Positions 47,666 to 57,480 of a stretch of DNA of 64,000 bases are shown piece by piece. The first letter of the stretch is position 1; each line of letters starts with the position of its first letter. The notes below the pieces were generated by a model. The model was not told where the DNA came from, searched no databases, and saw only the letters and a list, made by a program, of their open reading frames with translations. The position numbers and the translations under genes were made by a program. The DNA comes from an uncultured Lachnospiraceae bacterium (GTDB taxonomy: Bacteria > Bacillota > Clostridia > Lachnospirales > Lachnospiraceae), in assembly GCA_948470755.1 (NCBI GenBank), contig CAOKPU010000006.1:7723-71722 (forward strand), given 5' to 3'.

Positions 47666-50278
47666 ATGAATAACAAACTTTACAAATTAATGAATTGGCC
47701 GGATATTGAAGAAATCATTTATTCGGAATCGGATGATCCCCACCGGACGCTGGGGGCGCATATGGTTGGGGGCAATACCCTGGTACAGGCTTATCTGCCA
47801 GGGGCAAAGAGCGTAACTTTGCAGAATAAAAAGGATAAGAAGAGCTATGAAATGGAAATGGCGGATGAAGAAGGTTATTTTGCCGTGTTGATCCCGGGGA
47901 AAGCCCCTTTTTCTTATGAGTATATTGTGGAATACGAAGACGGCAGCCTGAAAAAGGTAAAAGATGCGTATAATTTTGCCCCTCAGATCGATGAGAGCGA
48001 TATGGACAGGTTTGCTGCAGGCATCCATTATACCATTTATGAGAAGCTCGGCGCACATCCTATGGCCATTGACGGGGTGAAAGGGGTATATTTTGCCGTG
48101 TGGGCGCCCAATGCGCTGCGCGTCAGTGCGGTAGGGGATTTTAACGGATGGGACGGACGCATCCATCAAATGCGCAGGCTGGGCAGTTCCGGCATATTTG
48201 AAATATTTGTGCCGGACGCAAAGGCAGGGCAGAATTATAAATACGAAATTAAAGTAAAAGGCGGGCTGACATACTTAAAAGCGGATCCTTATGCTTTTGG
48301 GCAGCAGCTTCGGCCGGATACGGCTTCAGTGATCAGGGAAAGCATAGGAAGTGCAAAGGACGGCGCTTCCGGCAAGGTGATATGGGAAGATCAGGAATGG
48401 ATAAAAGCACGGAAAGAGCGACAGGGAAGTGATAAGCCGATCAGCATATATGAGCTTTATCTTGGATCTTTTAAGCGGGGAGAGGATAATGAGTATTTAA
48501 ACTACAGGGAGTTGGCCCCTCTCGTGGCCGATTATGTGAAGGAAATGGGATATACGCATATCGAACTGATGCCGGTGATGGAGCATCCGTTTGATGGTTC
48601 CTGGGGATATCAGGTGATCGGATATTATGCGCCTACGGCCAGATATGGAACGAATGAAGATTTTATGTTTTTTATGAATGAAATGCATAAAGCGGGGATT
48701 GGGGTCATCTTGGATTGGGTTCCGGCCCATTTCCCCAGGGATACTTTCGGGCTTTCTAATTTTGACGGCACATGTCTTTATGAGCATCAGGATCCCAGGA
48801 AAGGGAGCCATCCTCATTGGGGGACATTGATTTATAATTATGGAAGGCCTCAGGTTTCCAATTATTTAATTGCCAATGCCCTTTATTGGATAGAACAGTA
48901 TCACGCGGATGGGATACGTATGGATGCGGTGGCGTCTATGCTTTATTTGGATTATGGCAAAAATGACGGGGAATGGGTGGCGAATTTTTACGGCGGCCAT
49001 GAAAATTTAGAAGCGGTAGAGTTTTTAAAACATTTGAATTCTATTGTAAAAAGACGCGATGAAGGCGTTTTGATGATTGCGGAAGAGTCTACGGCATGGC
49101 CTAAGGTAACGGGGGATGTGGAAGATAACGGGCTTGGGTTTGATATAAAATGGAATATGGGCTGGATGAATGATTATCTTGGTTATATTGCCTGTGATCC
49201 TTATTTTAGGGCGCATCACCATAATGAATTGACATTCAGTATGATATATGCCTACAGCGAGCAGTTTATGCTTGTATTTTCCCATGATGAGGTGGTTCAC
49301 GGGAAAGGGACTCTGATCGGTAAAATGCCGGGGGAGATCAAAGATAAATTTGCCAATTTAAGGCTGACTTATGCATATATGATGATGCATCCGGGCAAAA
49401 AGCTGCTGTTTATGGGGCAGGATATCGGAGAATTTGATGAATGGAACGAAGAACGGGAAGTGGAGTGGGATCTTACTGTTTATGACAGCCATAAAGGGGT
49501 GCAGAATCTTGTAAAAGCATTGAACAAACTGTATACTTCATCGCCGGCTTTGTATAAATACGATACTTCCTGGGAGGGGTTTGAATGGATTAACTGTATT
49601 TCTTCTAATGACTGTATGCTTGTATTTATGCGTAAGGCTGATGCGGAGGAGGAAACGCTTATAGCGGTAGCTAATTTTGCCAATGTATGGAGAGAATTCA
49701 CGGTCGGCGTCCCTTATGCCGGAAAATATAAGGAAATCCTGAATACGGACGCTGAAGAATTTGGCGGGGAAGGCAGGGTCAACGCGGAAGAAATAAGATC
49801 GGAGGAGGAAGAATATGATGGCAGGGCAAATTCCATTCAGGTAAGCAGCGCGCCGTTGTCGGTATGTATTTTCTCCTATACTCCATATACGGAAGAAGAG
49901 AAAAAAGAAATTGAAAGAAAAAAAGCGGAAAAGGAAAGAAAAGAACGGGAAGAAGCGCAGGAGCGGGAGCGGCAGGAAAAAATAGAACAGTTGGAGCGGG
50001 AACGCTTAGAAAAGGAAGCGGAGATCCAACGCGCCCTGCAGGAAGCGAAAGAAGCGAAAGAGCGCGCGGAGCAAATGCTTAAAGAAGTGGAACTGGTAAA
50101 GAGAGAAGAAGAAAAGGTGCTGGAACAGAAGAAAGAGGCCGAAAAAAGACAGCGGATGGCTGACGTAGAAATAGACGTAGAAAAAAAAGAAACGGAAGAA
50201 AAGAAAAGGAAGACGGCGGAAAAGAAGCCAAAGACGGCAAAAAATACAAAAAATGCCGGAAACAGAAGGAAATCATAA
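47666..50278 (+). CDS. glgB: 1,4-alpha-glucan branching enzyme with a ~130-aa Lys/Glu-rich C-terminal extension
   Basis: It has GH13 motifs (..DWVPAHF.., ..GIRMDAVASM.., ..IAEESTAWP.., ..FSHDEVVHGK..). The tail starts at about nt 49891. Confidence 0.9.
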   Translation: MNNKLYKLMNWPDIEEIIYSESDDPHRTLGAHMVGGNTLVQAYLPGAKSVTLQNKKDKKSYEMEMADEEGYFAVLIPGKAPFSYEYIVEYEDGSLKKVKDAYNFAPQIDESDMDRFAAGIHYTIYEKLGAHPMAIDGVKGVYFAVWAPNALRVSAVGDFNGWDGRIHQMRRLGSSGIFEIFVPDAKAGQNYKYEIKVKGGLTYLKADPYAFGQQLRPDTASVIRESIGSAKDGASGKVIWEDQEWIKARKERQGSDKPISIYELYLGSFKRGEDNEYLNYRELAPLVADYVKEMGYTHIELMPVMEHPFDGSWGYQVIGYYAPTARYGTNEDFMFFMNEMHKAGIGVILDWVPAHFPRDTFGLSNFDGTCLYEHQDPRKGSHPHWGTLIYNYGRPQVSNYLIANALYWIEQYHADGIRMDAVASMLYLDYGKNDGEWVANFYGGHENLEAVEFLKHLNSIVKRRDEGVLMIAEESTAWPKVTGDVEDNGLGFDIKWNMGWMNDYLGYIACDPYFRAHHHNELTFSMIYAYSEQFMLVFSHDEVVHGKGTLIGKMPGEIKDKFANLRLTYAYMMMHPGKKLLFMGQDIGEFDEWNEEREVEWDLTVYDSHKGVQNLVKALNKLYTSSPALYKYDTSWEGFEWINCISSNDCMLVFMRKADAEEETLIAVANFANVWREFTVGVPYAGKYKEILNTDAEEFGGEGRVNAEEIRSEEEEYDGRANSIQVSSAPLSVCIFSYTPYTEEEKKEIERKKAEKERKEREEAQERERQEKIEQLERERLEKEAEIQRALQEAKEAKERAEQMLKEVELVKREEEKVLEQKKEAEKRQRMADVEIDVEKKETEEKKRKTAEKKPKTAKNTKNAGNRRKS

Positions 50279-50298
50279 ACATAACAAGGGTTTGAATC

Positions 50299-51171
50299 AT
50301 GGGTAGGATCGGGATGTCGGTGCCGCTTGCGGCCAAGGAAGAAATGAATATGGGGATGATAGAGGGATTTTTTCATAAATTGCCGGAGAAGGCATGGCGC
50401 TTGGGAACAAGAATCATGTTGTCTGCCATTGTGCTGCTGATTGGGATACAGGTCATTAAGGTTATCCGCCGTCTGGTAAAGAAGTCTTTGGTAAAAGGGA
50501 ATGCGGATCAAGGAGTGATACAGTTTATTGATTCTTTCCTGAAATTTTCTTTATATGCCATCTTGTTTATTACTATAGCGTCCGGCTTTGGGCTGGACGC
50601 TGCAAGCATCCTGGCCCTGCTTGGTTCGGCCGGCGTAGCCATTGGCCTTGCGATTCAGGGCAGCCTTGCGAATTTTGTGGGCGGCGTCCTGATTCTTCTT
50701 CTGAAACCCTTTAAGGTTGGGGATTATATTAAAGAAGATACTAACGGCAATGAAGGCTCCGTCATTTCCATCGAACTGTTTTATACGAAATTATCCACGC
50801 CGGATAACCGGGTGATCGTGCTGCCAAACGGTACACTTGCCAATTCCAGCCTGACAAATGCAACAGCATGTGAAAGCAGGCGGCTGGATATTAAGATAGG
50901 GATATCCTATGATGCGGATATCCGAAAGGCTAAAGAGGTCCTTTTGGAAGTCCTCGAAGAAGATGAGGCTGTAATAAAGGATAAAGATCATTTTGTTTAT
51001 GTGGATGAATTGGGGGAAAGCGCCGTTTATCTGGGGGTGCGCTGTTGGCTTTTCACCGATGATTTTTGGCAGGGAAAGTGGAGGCTGACGGAAAATGTGA
51101 AGTACGCTTTGGATGAAGCGGGCATTCCGATCCCTTATCCGCAGATGGATATTCACATGGCGGAAAAATAA
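50299..51171 (+). CDS. MscS-family mechanosensitive channel
   Basis: It has three TM helices and ..PFKVGDYI.. followed by a beta-domain. The start could be an internal ATG near 50344-50350. Confidence 0.8.
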   Translation: MGRIGMSVPLAAKEEMNMGMIEGFFHKLPEKAWRLGTRIMLSAIVLLIGIQVIKVIRRLVKKSLVKGNADQGVIQFIDSFLKFSLYAILFITIASGFGLDAASILALLGSAGVAIGLAIQGSLANFVGGVLILLLKPFKVGDYIKEDTNGNEGSVISIELFYTKLSTPDNRVIVLPNGTLANSSLTNATACESRRLDIKIGISYDADIRKAKEVLLEVLEEDEAVIKDKDHFVYVDELGESAVYLGVRCWLFTDDFWQGKWRLTENVKYALDEAGIPIPYPQMDIHMAEK

Positions 51172-51196
51172 AAATAAAAAAAATTGAAAAATGTTC

Positions 51197-51225
51197 TTGC
51201 AAAATAAGCGATTACCTATTATAAT
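51197..51225 (+). promoter_or_regulatory. Sigma-70-like promoter for the tRNA gene
   Basis: TTGCAA (51197-51202), a 17-nt spacer, then TATAAT (51220-51225), which ends 14 nt upstream of the tRNA 5' end. Confidence 0.55.
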
Positions 51226-51239
51226 AGCATTTGTTGAGT

Positions 51240-51312
<73 letters not shown>

Positions 51313-51335
51313 GGCGGTATGGAACAAACCATAAC

Positions 51336-51375
51336 AAAAAAGATGTTTTCCTTTTATTGGAAAACATCTTTTTTG
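51336..51375. terminator. Bidirectional terminator (for the tRNA on + and the ybjQ-like gene on -)
   Basis: A ~15-bp stem AAAAAGATGTTTTCC / GGAAAACATCTTTTT is flanked by an A-run and a T-run. Confidence 0.8.
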
Positions 51376-51687
51376 TTAAACAAATTTAACTGCGGTGCCG
51401 TAAGCGATAACTTCTGCGGCTCCCTGCATAACTGCGGAGGAGGCATAGCGGATGTTGACAACGGCGTCTGCACCTAAAGCTTCTGCTTCGCCAACCATTC
51501 TTTTGGTAGCTAAGGCGCGGGCTTCGTTCATCATTTCCGTGTAAGCGCCCAGTTCCCCTCCAACGAGCGTTTTAAAGCCTTGCGTAATATCCTTTCCGAT
51601 ATTTTTGGATTGTATGGTGCTTCCCTTGACAAGCCCCAGCGTTTCTAAATTTTTTCCTGAAATGTAATCAGTATTGACTAAGATCAT
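51376..51687 (-). CDS. YbjQ (UPF0145) family protein
   Basis: It begins MILVNTDYISGKNLETLGLVKG and has ..ALGADAVVNIRY.. Confidence 0.8.
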   Translation of the reverse strand: MILVNTDYISGKNLETLGLVKGSTIQSKNIGKDITQGFKTLVGGELGAYTEMMNEARALATKRMVGEAEALGADAVVNIRYASSAVMQGAAEVIAYGTAVKFV

Positions 51688-51895
51688 CTTCCTCACCACT
51701 CCTTATTTCCTTGATTCGTTCCGCCATTACATAGACGCTTACCCCGGCCAGTAAAAGCGGGATAAGGCCTAGCAGAAGTTTGAGCGTTGGAGGAACGGGA
51801 ACGCTTAGGAAGAGAATGCAGATTCCTGCATAATAAAGGAATAATAGGATGCCGATAATAACAGGCGCGATCATTTTCTTTCCGTGAGAGTTCAT
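51668..51895 (-). CDS. Small two-TM membrane protein
   Basis: It has a hydrophobic profile and overlaps the downstream gene start by 20 nt. Confidence 0.45.
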   Translation of the reverse strand: MNSHGKKMIAPVIIGILLFLYYAGICILFLSVPVPPTLKLLLGLIPLLLAGVSVYVMAERIKEIRSGEEDDLSQY

Positions 51896-52032
51896 GGTAG
51901 TGCCTCCTTGCTATGTTAAAAGGTATTATTGTATTAATTGAATAATACAGTATAAATATAAATGATGGATGATAAAATGTCAATAGGTATTATGGATTAT
52001 GCATTCGTATCCCATTGTAAAAAAACCGGGGA

Positions 52033-53211
52033 TTACAGGGCATTTCCGGCATATGCCTTGTCAATTTGAATCACTGCAAAATAGGTTTCATCCATGCGGT
52101 GGATTTCTTTTTTGAGAAAATCCGCAATTGCCTCATCAGTTTCCCGGTATGCGAAAGGCACTACGATGTCAAAAATGATATTGGTATGGGTAGGGCCTTT
52201 TACCACACGGAAGTCATGGAAACGTATTTCCGGATAAGAAGATTCCAGTAGGTCTGTGAGATCCTGCTTGATCCGGTTGGTCTGCGCATCATCGGTAATG
52301 ATCGGATCCATGTGGATTACGGCTTCGCAGTGAAGTTCATCATGGAGCCTGTGTTCGATATTATCGATCATATCATGAAGAACTAAAAGATTGCCATCTG
52401 CGGATACTTCCGCATGAAGGGAAATCATAACACGGCCCGGCCCGTAATCATGGACAACCATATCATGAATGCCTTTGATGTGTTCATAACTCATAACAAT
52501 GTTTTCCACATTTTTGACGAAAGCAGGGTCAGGGGCCTGGCCGAGCAAAGGGCTGATGGTATCCCTCGCAGCGCAGTATCCCGCATAAAAAATGAAGAAG
52601 CCCACAAGGATGCCGCAGTAGCCGTCAATCTTCAATCCGGTGAAATGGGCCGTCAGTGACGCGGCCAGGACAACCGTAGTGGCGAGAGTATCGCTTAAAC
52701 TGTCGGTGGCAGTGGCGTTCATGGCGGCGCTGTCTATTTTTTTACCGATCCTTTTATTATAATATGCCATATAAATTTTAACGGCAATGGATAGGATCAG
52801 GATAAAGATAGTGAGGGGGCTGAAAGTGACTGGCTGGGGATGTAGGATTTTATCAAAAGAGGAACGGACCAGTTCAAAAGCCATAATAAGGATGGCGATG
52901 GAGACAAAAAGCCCGGATAGATATTCAATCCGCCCATGTCCAAAGGGGTGGTGCGGATCCGGTTTCTGTCCGGCCATCTGAAAGCCCACCAAGGTAATTA
53001 AAGAAGAACCCGCATCGGAGAGATTATTGAAAGCGTCCGCAGTTATGGCGATGGAATTGCTGAAGTAACCTGCCAGGAATTTCCCGGCAAACAACAATAT
53101 ATTCAAAGCGATCCCCATGCTGCCGCAGAGGATCCCATAGGCTTTCCGCACTGCAGGGGAAGAAGTATTATCTTTATCTTTGATTAATAGTTTGGCAAGT
53201 AACGATATCAT
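52033..53211 (-). CDS. Cation diffusion facilitator (CDF) family transporter
   Basis: It has six TM helices, ..ADAFNNLSD.. and ..HGRIEY.. motifs, and a C-terminal cytoplasmic domain. The ATG at 53211 follows GGAGTGG. Confidence 0.85.
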   Translation of the reverse strand: MISLLAKLLIKDKDNTSSPAVRKAYGILCGSMGIALNILLFAGKFLAGYFSNSIAITADAFNNLSDAGSSLITLVGFQMAGQKPDPHHPFGHGRIEYLSGLFVSIAILIMAFELVRSSFDKILHPQPVTFSPLTIFILILSIAVKIYMAYYNKRIGKKIDSAAMNATATDSLSDTLATTVVLAASLTAHFTGLKIDGYCGILVGFFIFYAGYCAARDTISPLLGQAPDPAFVKNVENIVMSYEHIKGIHDMVVHDYGPGRVMISLHAEVSADGNLLVLHDMIDNIEHRLHDELHCEAVIHMDPIITDDAQTNRIKQDLTDLLESSYPEIRFHDFRVVKGPTHTNIIFDIVVPFAYRETDEAIADFLKKEIHRMDETYFAVIQIDKAYAGNAL

Positions 53212-53338
53212 ATTTTCCACTCCTATGTAATTATGAAATAGTATGGCTATTTTATCCCTTTTTGGCAAAAAATACAAACATTATTTTTATTGCCTGTTTG
53301 TCCGCTGACGGTATTCTTAAGGCAGGCATCCGAATCAA

Positions 53339-53365
53339 TTATTATAATAAAATTTATTATAATAA
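53339..53365. promoter_or_regulatory. Two tandem copies of the perfect 12-bp palindrome TTATTATAATAA (15-bp period)
   Basis: The copies are at 53339-53350 and 53354-53365. Each carries TATAAT on both strands. They lie in the divergent intergenic region between the CDF gene and the acetyltransferase gene. Confidence 0.5.
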
Positions 53366-53455
53366 ATTGGAAAGATATTGTTAGAAACTGTTCGGATAAG
53401 ATGATATAATCATAACAGGTAACAGGGGAAAGGAACGGATGGAGGAGGAAATGAC

Positions 53456-54085
53456 ATGACAAATAAAGAACGCAGGGATGCACAGATGGCTTATATTTCG
53501 GATGGCAGTGTTTTTGAGGAGCAGCAAATATGCAGAAGGAAGCTGCAGAAACTGAACTTCATGGACCGCTCCGATTTTGAGGGGATAAAAAAGGCCGTAA
53601 AGGATCTGCTTGGGAAATCGGAAGGAGCTTGGATAAACCCGCCGTTTTACTGTGATTACGGAACGAACATTGAAGTTGGGAAAAATTTTTTTGCTAATTA
53701 TAATTGCACGATTTTAGATGTGGCAAAGGTAAAAATCGGGGACAATTGCCAGATGGCCCCTAATGTGGCGATATATACGGCCGGCCATCCGGTCCATCCG
53801 GTCAGCCGGAATTCGTCGTATGAATATGGAAAAGAAATTACAATCGGGGATAATGTTTGGATCGGAGGGAATACGGTAATCTGCCCCGGGATCCATATTG
53901 GGGATAACGTAGTGATTGGGGCGGGCAGCGTGGTAACTAAGGATATCCCGGAATGGACCGTTGCCGCAGGCAATCCCTGCCGCGTGATAAGAAGGATTAC
54001 GGATGACGATAAAAAGAAACTTTTTGGAGATGAGGAGATAGACCGGGAGGCATGGGAGGATATTGTAAGCCGGATGGAGTTTTGA
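53456..54085 (+). CDS. Maltose/galactoside-type sugar O-acetyltransferase (left-handed beta-helix)
   Basis: It has a Mac N-terminal segment, hexapeptide repeats and ..YTAGHPVHP.. Confidence 0.85.
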   Translation: MTNKERRDAQMAYISDGSVFEEQQICRRKLQKLNFMDRSDFEGIKKAVKDLLGKSEGAWINPPFYCDYGTNIEVGKNFFANYNCTILDVAKVKIGDNCQMAPNVAIYTAGHPVHPVSRNSSYEYGKEITIGDNVWIGGNTVICPGIHIGDNVVIGAGSVVTKDIPEWTVAAGNPCRVIRRITDDDKKKLFGDEEIDREAWEDIVSRMEF

Positions 54086-54228
54086 TGGGTCTGTAGGATT
54101 GGCATATCCAGGAAGCGGCATAGGAATGTAGAAAAAGCTTAAGGCCCGCTTATGCCGGCTTGTATTTCCATATTTACAATAACAGAAAAAATGGGTATAA
54201 TTACAGACGGATTAAAAATATATGCTGC

Positions 54229-54294
54229 AAGAGGAAAATGGCTGCCAGAGCAGCCGCGCTCCGGCGCGAGTGTGCGTCAGGACGCACACTTTTT
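54229..54294. repeat. ~66-nt triple-hairpin repeat (copy 2)
   Basis: It differs from 45842-45908 only in the first hairpin loop (CAGA versus TGTC) and in one A/G position. Confidence 0.8.
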
Positions 54295-54378
54295 ATGCGG
54301 GTTTGAATCGCTGAAAAAGCGGCATGGAATGTCAGGAATAACAAAAATGGTAAAATATAGAAAAAGGAGAAGAGGAAA

Positions 54379-55923
54379 ATGAGCAAGAAACCAACAGTAT
54401 TAATGATTCTGGACGGCTATGGGCTGAATGAGAGAAAAGACGGCAATGCAGTAGCAAAAGCGAATACGCCGGTGATGGATGGTTTGATGAAGGAATACCC
54501 TTTTGTAAAAGGGAATGCCAGCGGTATGGCAGTAGGGCTTCCGGAAGGCCAGATGGGTAATTCCGAAGTGGGGCATCTGAATATGGGGGCCGGCCGTATC
54601 GTATATCAGGAATTGACAAGGATTACCAAAGAAATTCAGGATGGTGCTTTTTTTGAGAATCCGGCATTGATGGATGCGGTGAATAATTGCAAGGCAAATG
54701 ATTCCGCCCTGCATATGTTCGGACTTGTATCCGATGGAGGCGTACACAGTCATAATACACACATTTACGGGATTTTGGAACTGGCGAAAAGGAACGGGCT
54801 TTCTAAAGTATATGCCCATTGTTTCCTGGACGGCAGGGATACGCCGCCGGAAAGCGGCAAAGGCTATGTGGAAGAGCTGGAAGGGAAGATGAAGGAAATT
54901 GGCGTAGGAGAAGTTGCTTCCGTTATGGGCCGTTACTACGCGATGGACAGGGATAACAACTACGACAGGGTAAAACTTGCATATGACGCCCTCACCAAAG
55001 GCGAGGGCCTGACAGCGGCGGGCGGTCCGGCGGCTATTGCCGAATCCTATGAAAGAGGGGAAACGGATGAATTTGTAAAGCCTACCGTCGTCGTAAAAGA
55101 CGGCGCCCCAATAGCTACGATTAAAGATAAGGATTCGGTGATTTTCTTTAATTTCAGGCCTGACCGGGCAAGGGAAATTACAAGGTGCTTCTGCAATGAT
55201 GAGTTTACTGCTTTTGACAGAGGGGAAAGGCTGGATCTGACCTATGTATGTTTTTCCGATTATGACCCGACCATTCCCAACAAAGAAGTTGCATTCCATA
55301 AAATCAGTGTGGAGAACACCTTTGGGGAATGGCTTGCATCGAACCACATGACTCAGGCCAGGATTGCGGAGACGGAGAAATATGCCCATGTTACTTTCTT
55401 TTTTAACGGCGGGGTGGAAGAGCCGAACGAAGGGGAAGACAGGATCCTTGTAAATTCTCCAAAAGATGTGGCTACTTATGACCTGAAACCTCAGATGAGC
55501 GCTTATGAAGTATGCGATAAACTGGTAGAATCTATTAAGTCGGGCAAATATGATGTGATTATCATTAATTTTGCGAATCCGGATATGGTCGGCCATACCG
55601 GTGTGGAAGCTGCGGCCGTCAAGGCGGTGGAAGCGGTGGATGAATGCGTAGGGAGAGCAGTGGAAGCTGTAAAAGAAATGGATGGAACGATGTTTATCTG
55701 CGCGGATCACGGCAATGCGGAACAGCTTGTGGATTATGAAACCGGCGAGCCTTTTACCGCGCATACGACTAATCCGGTGCCGTTCATCCTTGTCAACTAT
55801 GACAAAGATTATACTTTAAGGGAAGGCGGCTGTCTGGCCGACATCATTCCTACGATGATAGAAATTATGGGAATGGAGCAGCCAAAGGAAATGACAGGGA
55901 AATCTTTATTGATAAAGAAATAA
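54379..55923 (+). CDS. gpmI: 2,3-bisphosphoglycerate-independent phosphoglycerate mutase
   Basis: It has ..LMILDGYGL.., ..NSEVGHLNMGAGR.. and ..ADHGNAE.. Confidence 0.9.
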   Translation: MSKKPTVLMILDGYGLNERKDGNAVAKANTPVMDGLMKEYPFVKGNASGMAVGLPEGQMGNSEVGHLNMGAGRIVYQELTRITKEIQDGAFFENPALMDAVNNCKANDSALHMFGLVSDGGVHSHNTHIYGILELAKRNGLSKVYAHCFLDGRDTPPESGKGYVEELEGKMKEIGVGEVASVMGRYYAMDRDNNYDRVKLAYDALTKGEGLTAAGGPAAIAESYERGETDEFVKPTVVVKDGAPIATIKDKDSVIFFNFRPDRAREITRCFCNDEFTAFDRGERLDLTYVCFSDYDPTIPNKEVAFHKISVENTFGEWLASNHMTQARIAETEKYAHVTFFFNGGVEEPNEGEDRILVNSPKDVATYDLKPQMSAYEVCDKLVESIKSGKYDVIIINFANPDMVGHTGVEAAAVKAVEAVDECVGRAVEAVKEMDGTMFICADHGNAEQLVDYETGEPFTAHTTNPVPFILVNYDKDYTLREGGCLADIIPTMIEIMGMEQPKEMTGKSLLIKK

Positions 55924-55974
55924 TATATTGCCGTCAAGGTTTTTCCATATTGTACGCATTTTATAAGGTAAAAG

Positions 55975-56005
55975 CAGCCCTCGCCCGTTTTACGGGCGGG
56001 GGCTG
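55975..56005 (+). terminator. GC-rich hairpin after gpmI
   Basis: It has a 13-bp stem CAGCCCTCGCCCG / CGGGCGGGGGCTG with one wobble. The T-tract is weak. Confidence 0.5.
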
Positions 56006-56107
56006 TTAGCGTCTATATATCCATATTCCTGCACTATATCAAAAACAAGATCAGGCCTGCGGTGCAAAGCCCTTTCGGATGGTTTCCAGGCATCGGGAAA
56101 TTATCTG

Positions 56108-56136
56108 TTGACAAAATAAAAAGATAGATGTATATT
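56108..56136 (+). promoter_or_regulatory. Sigma-70-like promoter of the GntR-ABC operon
   Basis: TTGACA (56108-56113), a 17-nt spacer, then TATATT (56131-56136). Confidence 0.55.
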
Positions 56137-56156
56137 AAGTGTATTAATAGTGATAG

Positions 56157-56172
56157 TACAGTATAAACTGTA
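56157..56172. promoter_or_regulatory. Palindrome TACAGT-ATAA-ACTGTA, a possible autoregulatory operator
   Basis: It lies between the -10 element and the RBS of the GntR gene. Confidence 0.3.
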
Positions 56173-56196
56173 AAAAGACAGAAGGAAGGAGTGCGT

Positions 56197-56556
56197 ATGA
56201 TAATTCTGGATTATAAGGATACCAGGCCGATTTATGAGCAGATTGTGGAAAAGTTTAAACTGCTTATATTAAAAGGCATCCTGCAGAAGGATGAACAGAT
56301 GCCGTCGGTCAGAAGCCTGGCGGTGGAGCTTTCCATTAATCCCAATACGATTCAAAAAGCATATGCGGAGCTGGAGCGGCAGGGCTATCTTTACGTAGTA
56401 AAAGGAAGAGGGAATTTTATCGCTGATAATAAGAATCTGCTAAACGAAAGAAAAGAAGAATTAAAAGACCGGATGATTTTCCTTTACAGAGAAGGGAAAG
56501 AACTGGGCATGACGAAGATGGATTTTATAGAGTGCCTTGAAAAAATTGAGGAATAG
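56197..56556 (+). CDS. GntR-family (YtrA-subfamily, short) transcriptional regulator
   Basis: It has ..RPIYEQIVEKFKLLILKGILQKDEQMPSVRSLAVELSINPNTIQKAY.. The ATG at 56197 follows AAGGAG. Confidence 0.85.
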   Translation: MIILDYKDTRPIYEQIVEKFKLLILKGILQKDEQMPSVRSLAVELSINPNTIQKAYAELERQGYLYVVKGRGNFIADNKNLLNERKEELKDRMIFLYREGKELGMTKMDFIECLEKIEE

Positions 56557-56574
56557 GCAGGGAGGAGAGGCAAG

Positions 56575-57480
56575 ATGATCGAGATAAAAGACATCAGCAA
56601 ATCATTTGGGGATGTGTTGGCTGTGGATCAGGTGAGCGTACAGATGAAAGAAGAGACGGTGTTTGGACTGATCGGAACCAACGGTGCAGGGAAAAGCACT
56701 GTGTTACGGATGATAGCAGGAGTGCTGAAAGCGGATAAAGGGAGCATAGAAGTAGACGGGATTCCTGTTTTTGATCAGGTGGAGGCGAAGGAAAAAATTT
56801 TCTTTATAGCGGATGAGCCTTATTTTTTCCCAAATGCAAACGCATCGGATATGGAAAAATATTTTTCTTCAGTATACGAAAATTTCTGCAAAGAGAGTTT
56901 CTATCAATATCTGAATGGATTTGGGCTGGAGAAAAAAAGGAAAATCAATACTTTTTCAAAAGGGATGAAAAAGCAGCTTGCGCTTTTATGTGGCATTTGT
57001 TCAGGTACAAGGTATCTATTATGCGATGAGACTTTCGACGGCCTTGATCCGGTTATGCGCCAAGGGATAAAAAGTATTTTTGCCAGGGAAATAGAAAACA
57101 GAGGACTTACTCCTATTATCGCTTCCCACAACTTAAGGGAGCTTGAGGATATCTGTGACCATGTGGGGCTTTTGCATAAAGGGGGAGTTCTTTTGTCCAA
57201 AGACTTAGAGGATATGAAATGCAATATCCAGAAAGTGCAATGCGTATTTGCATCGGAAGAGGACAGAAAAAAAACGATGGAAGGGCTGGATGTAGTGAAG
57301 CGGGAAGAAAGGGGATCTTTGCATACCATTACGGTAAGAGGAACGAGGGAAGAGATTATCGGACTTTTTGCCACAGTAGACACTGTATTTTTTGAAGCGC
57401 TGCCTCTTTCTTTGGAAGAGATATTTATCAGTGAAACGGAGGTGACGGGCTATGATGTCAAAAAACTCATTTTGGGTTAG
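56575..57480 (+). CDS. ABC transporter ATP-binding protein
   Basis: It has Walker A (GTNGAGKST), a FSKGMKKQL signature-like motif, and Walker B (LLCDETFDGLD). Confidence 0.85.
   Translation: MIEIKDISKSFGDVLAVDQVSVQMKEETVFGLIGTNGAGKSTVLRMIAGVLKADKGSIEVDGIPVFDQVEAKEKIFFIADEPYFFPNANASDMEKYFSSVYENFCKESFYQYLNGFGLEKKRKINTFSKGMKKQLALLCGICSGTRYLLCDETFDGLDPVMRQGIKSIFAREIENRGLTPIIASHNLRELEDICDHVGLLHKGGVLLSKDLEDMKCNIQKVQCVFASEEDRKKTMEGLDVVKREERGSLHTITVRGTREEIIGLFATVDTVFFEALPLSLEEIFISETEVTGYDVKKLILG

Noticed and set aside
51313-51375. Possible integration site at the tRNA-Thr 3' end.
   Set aside because: No repeat of the tRNA 3' end, no integrase gene and no accessory DNA lie downstream. Only a bidirectional terminator and a housekeeping-type gene follow.
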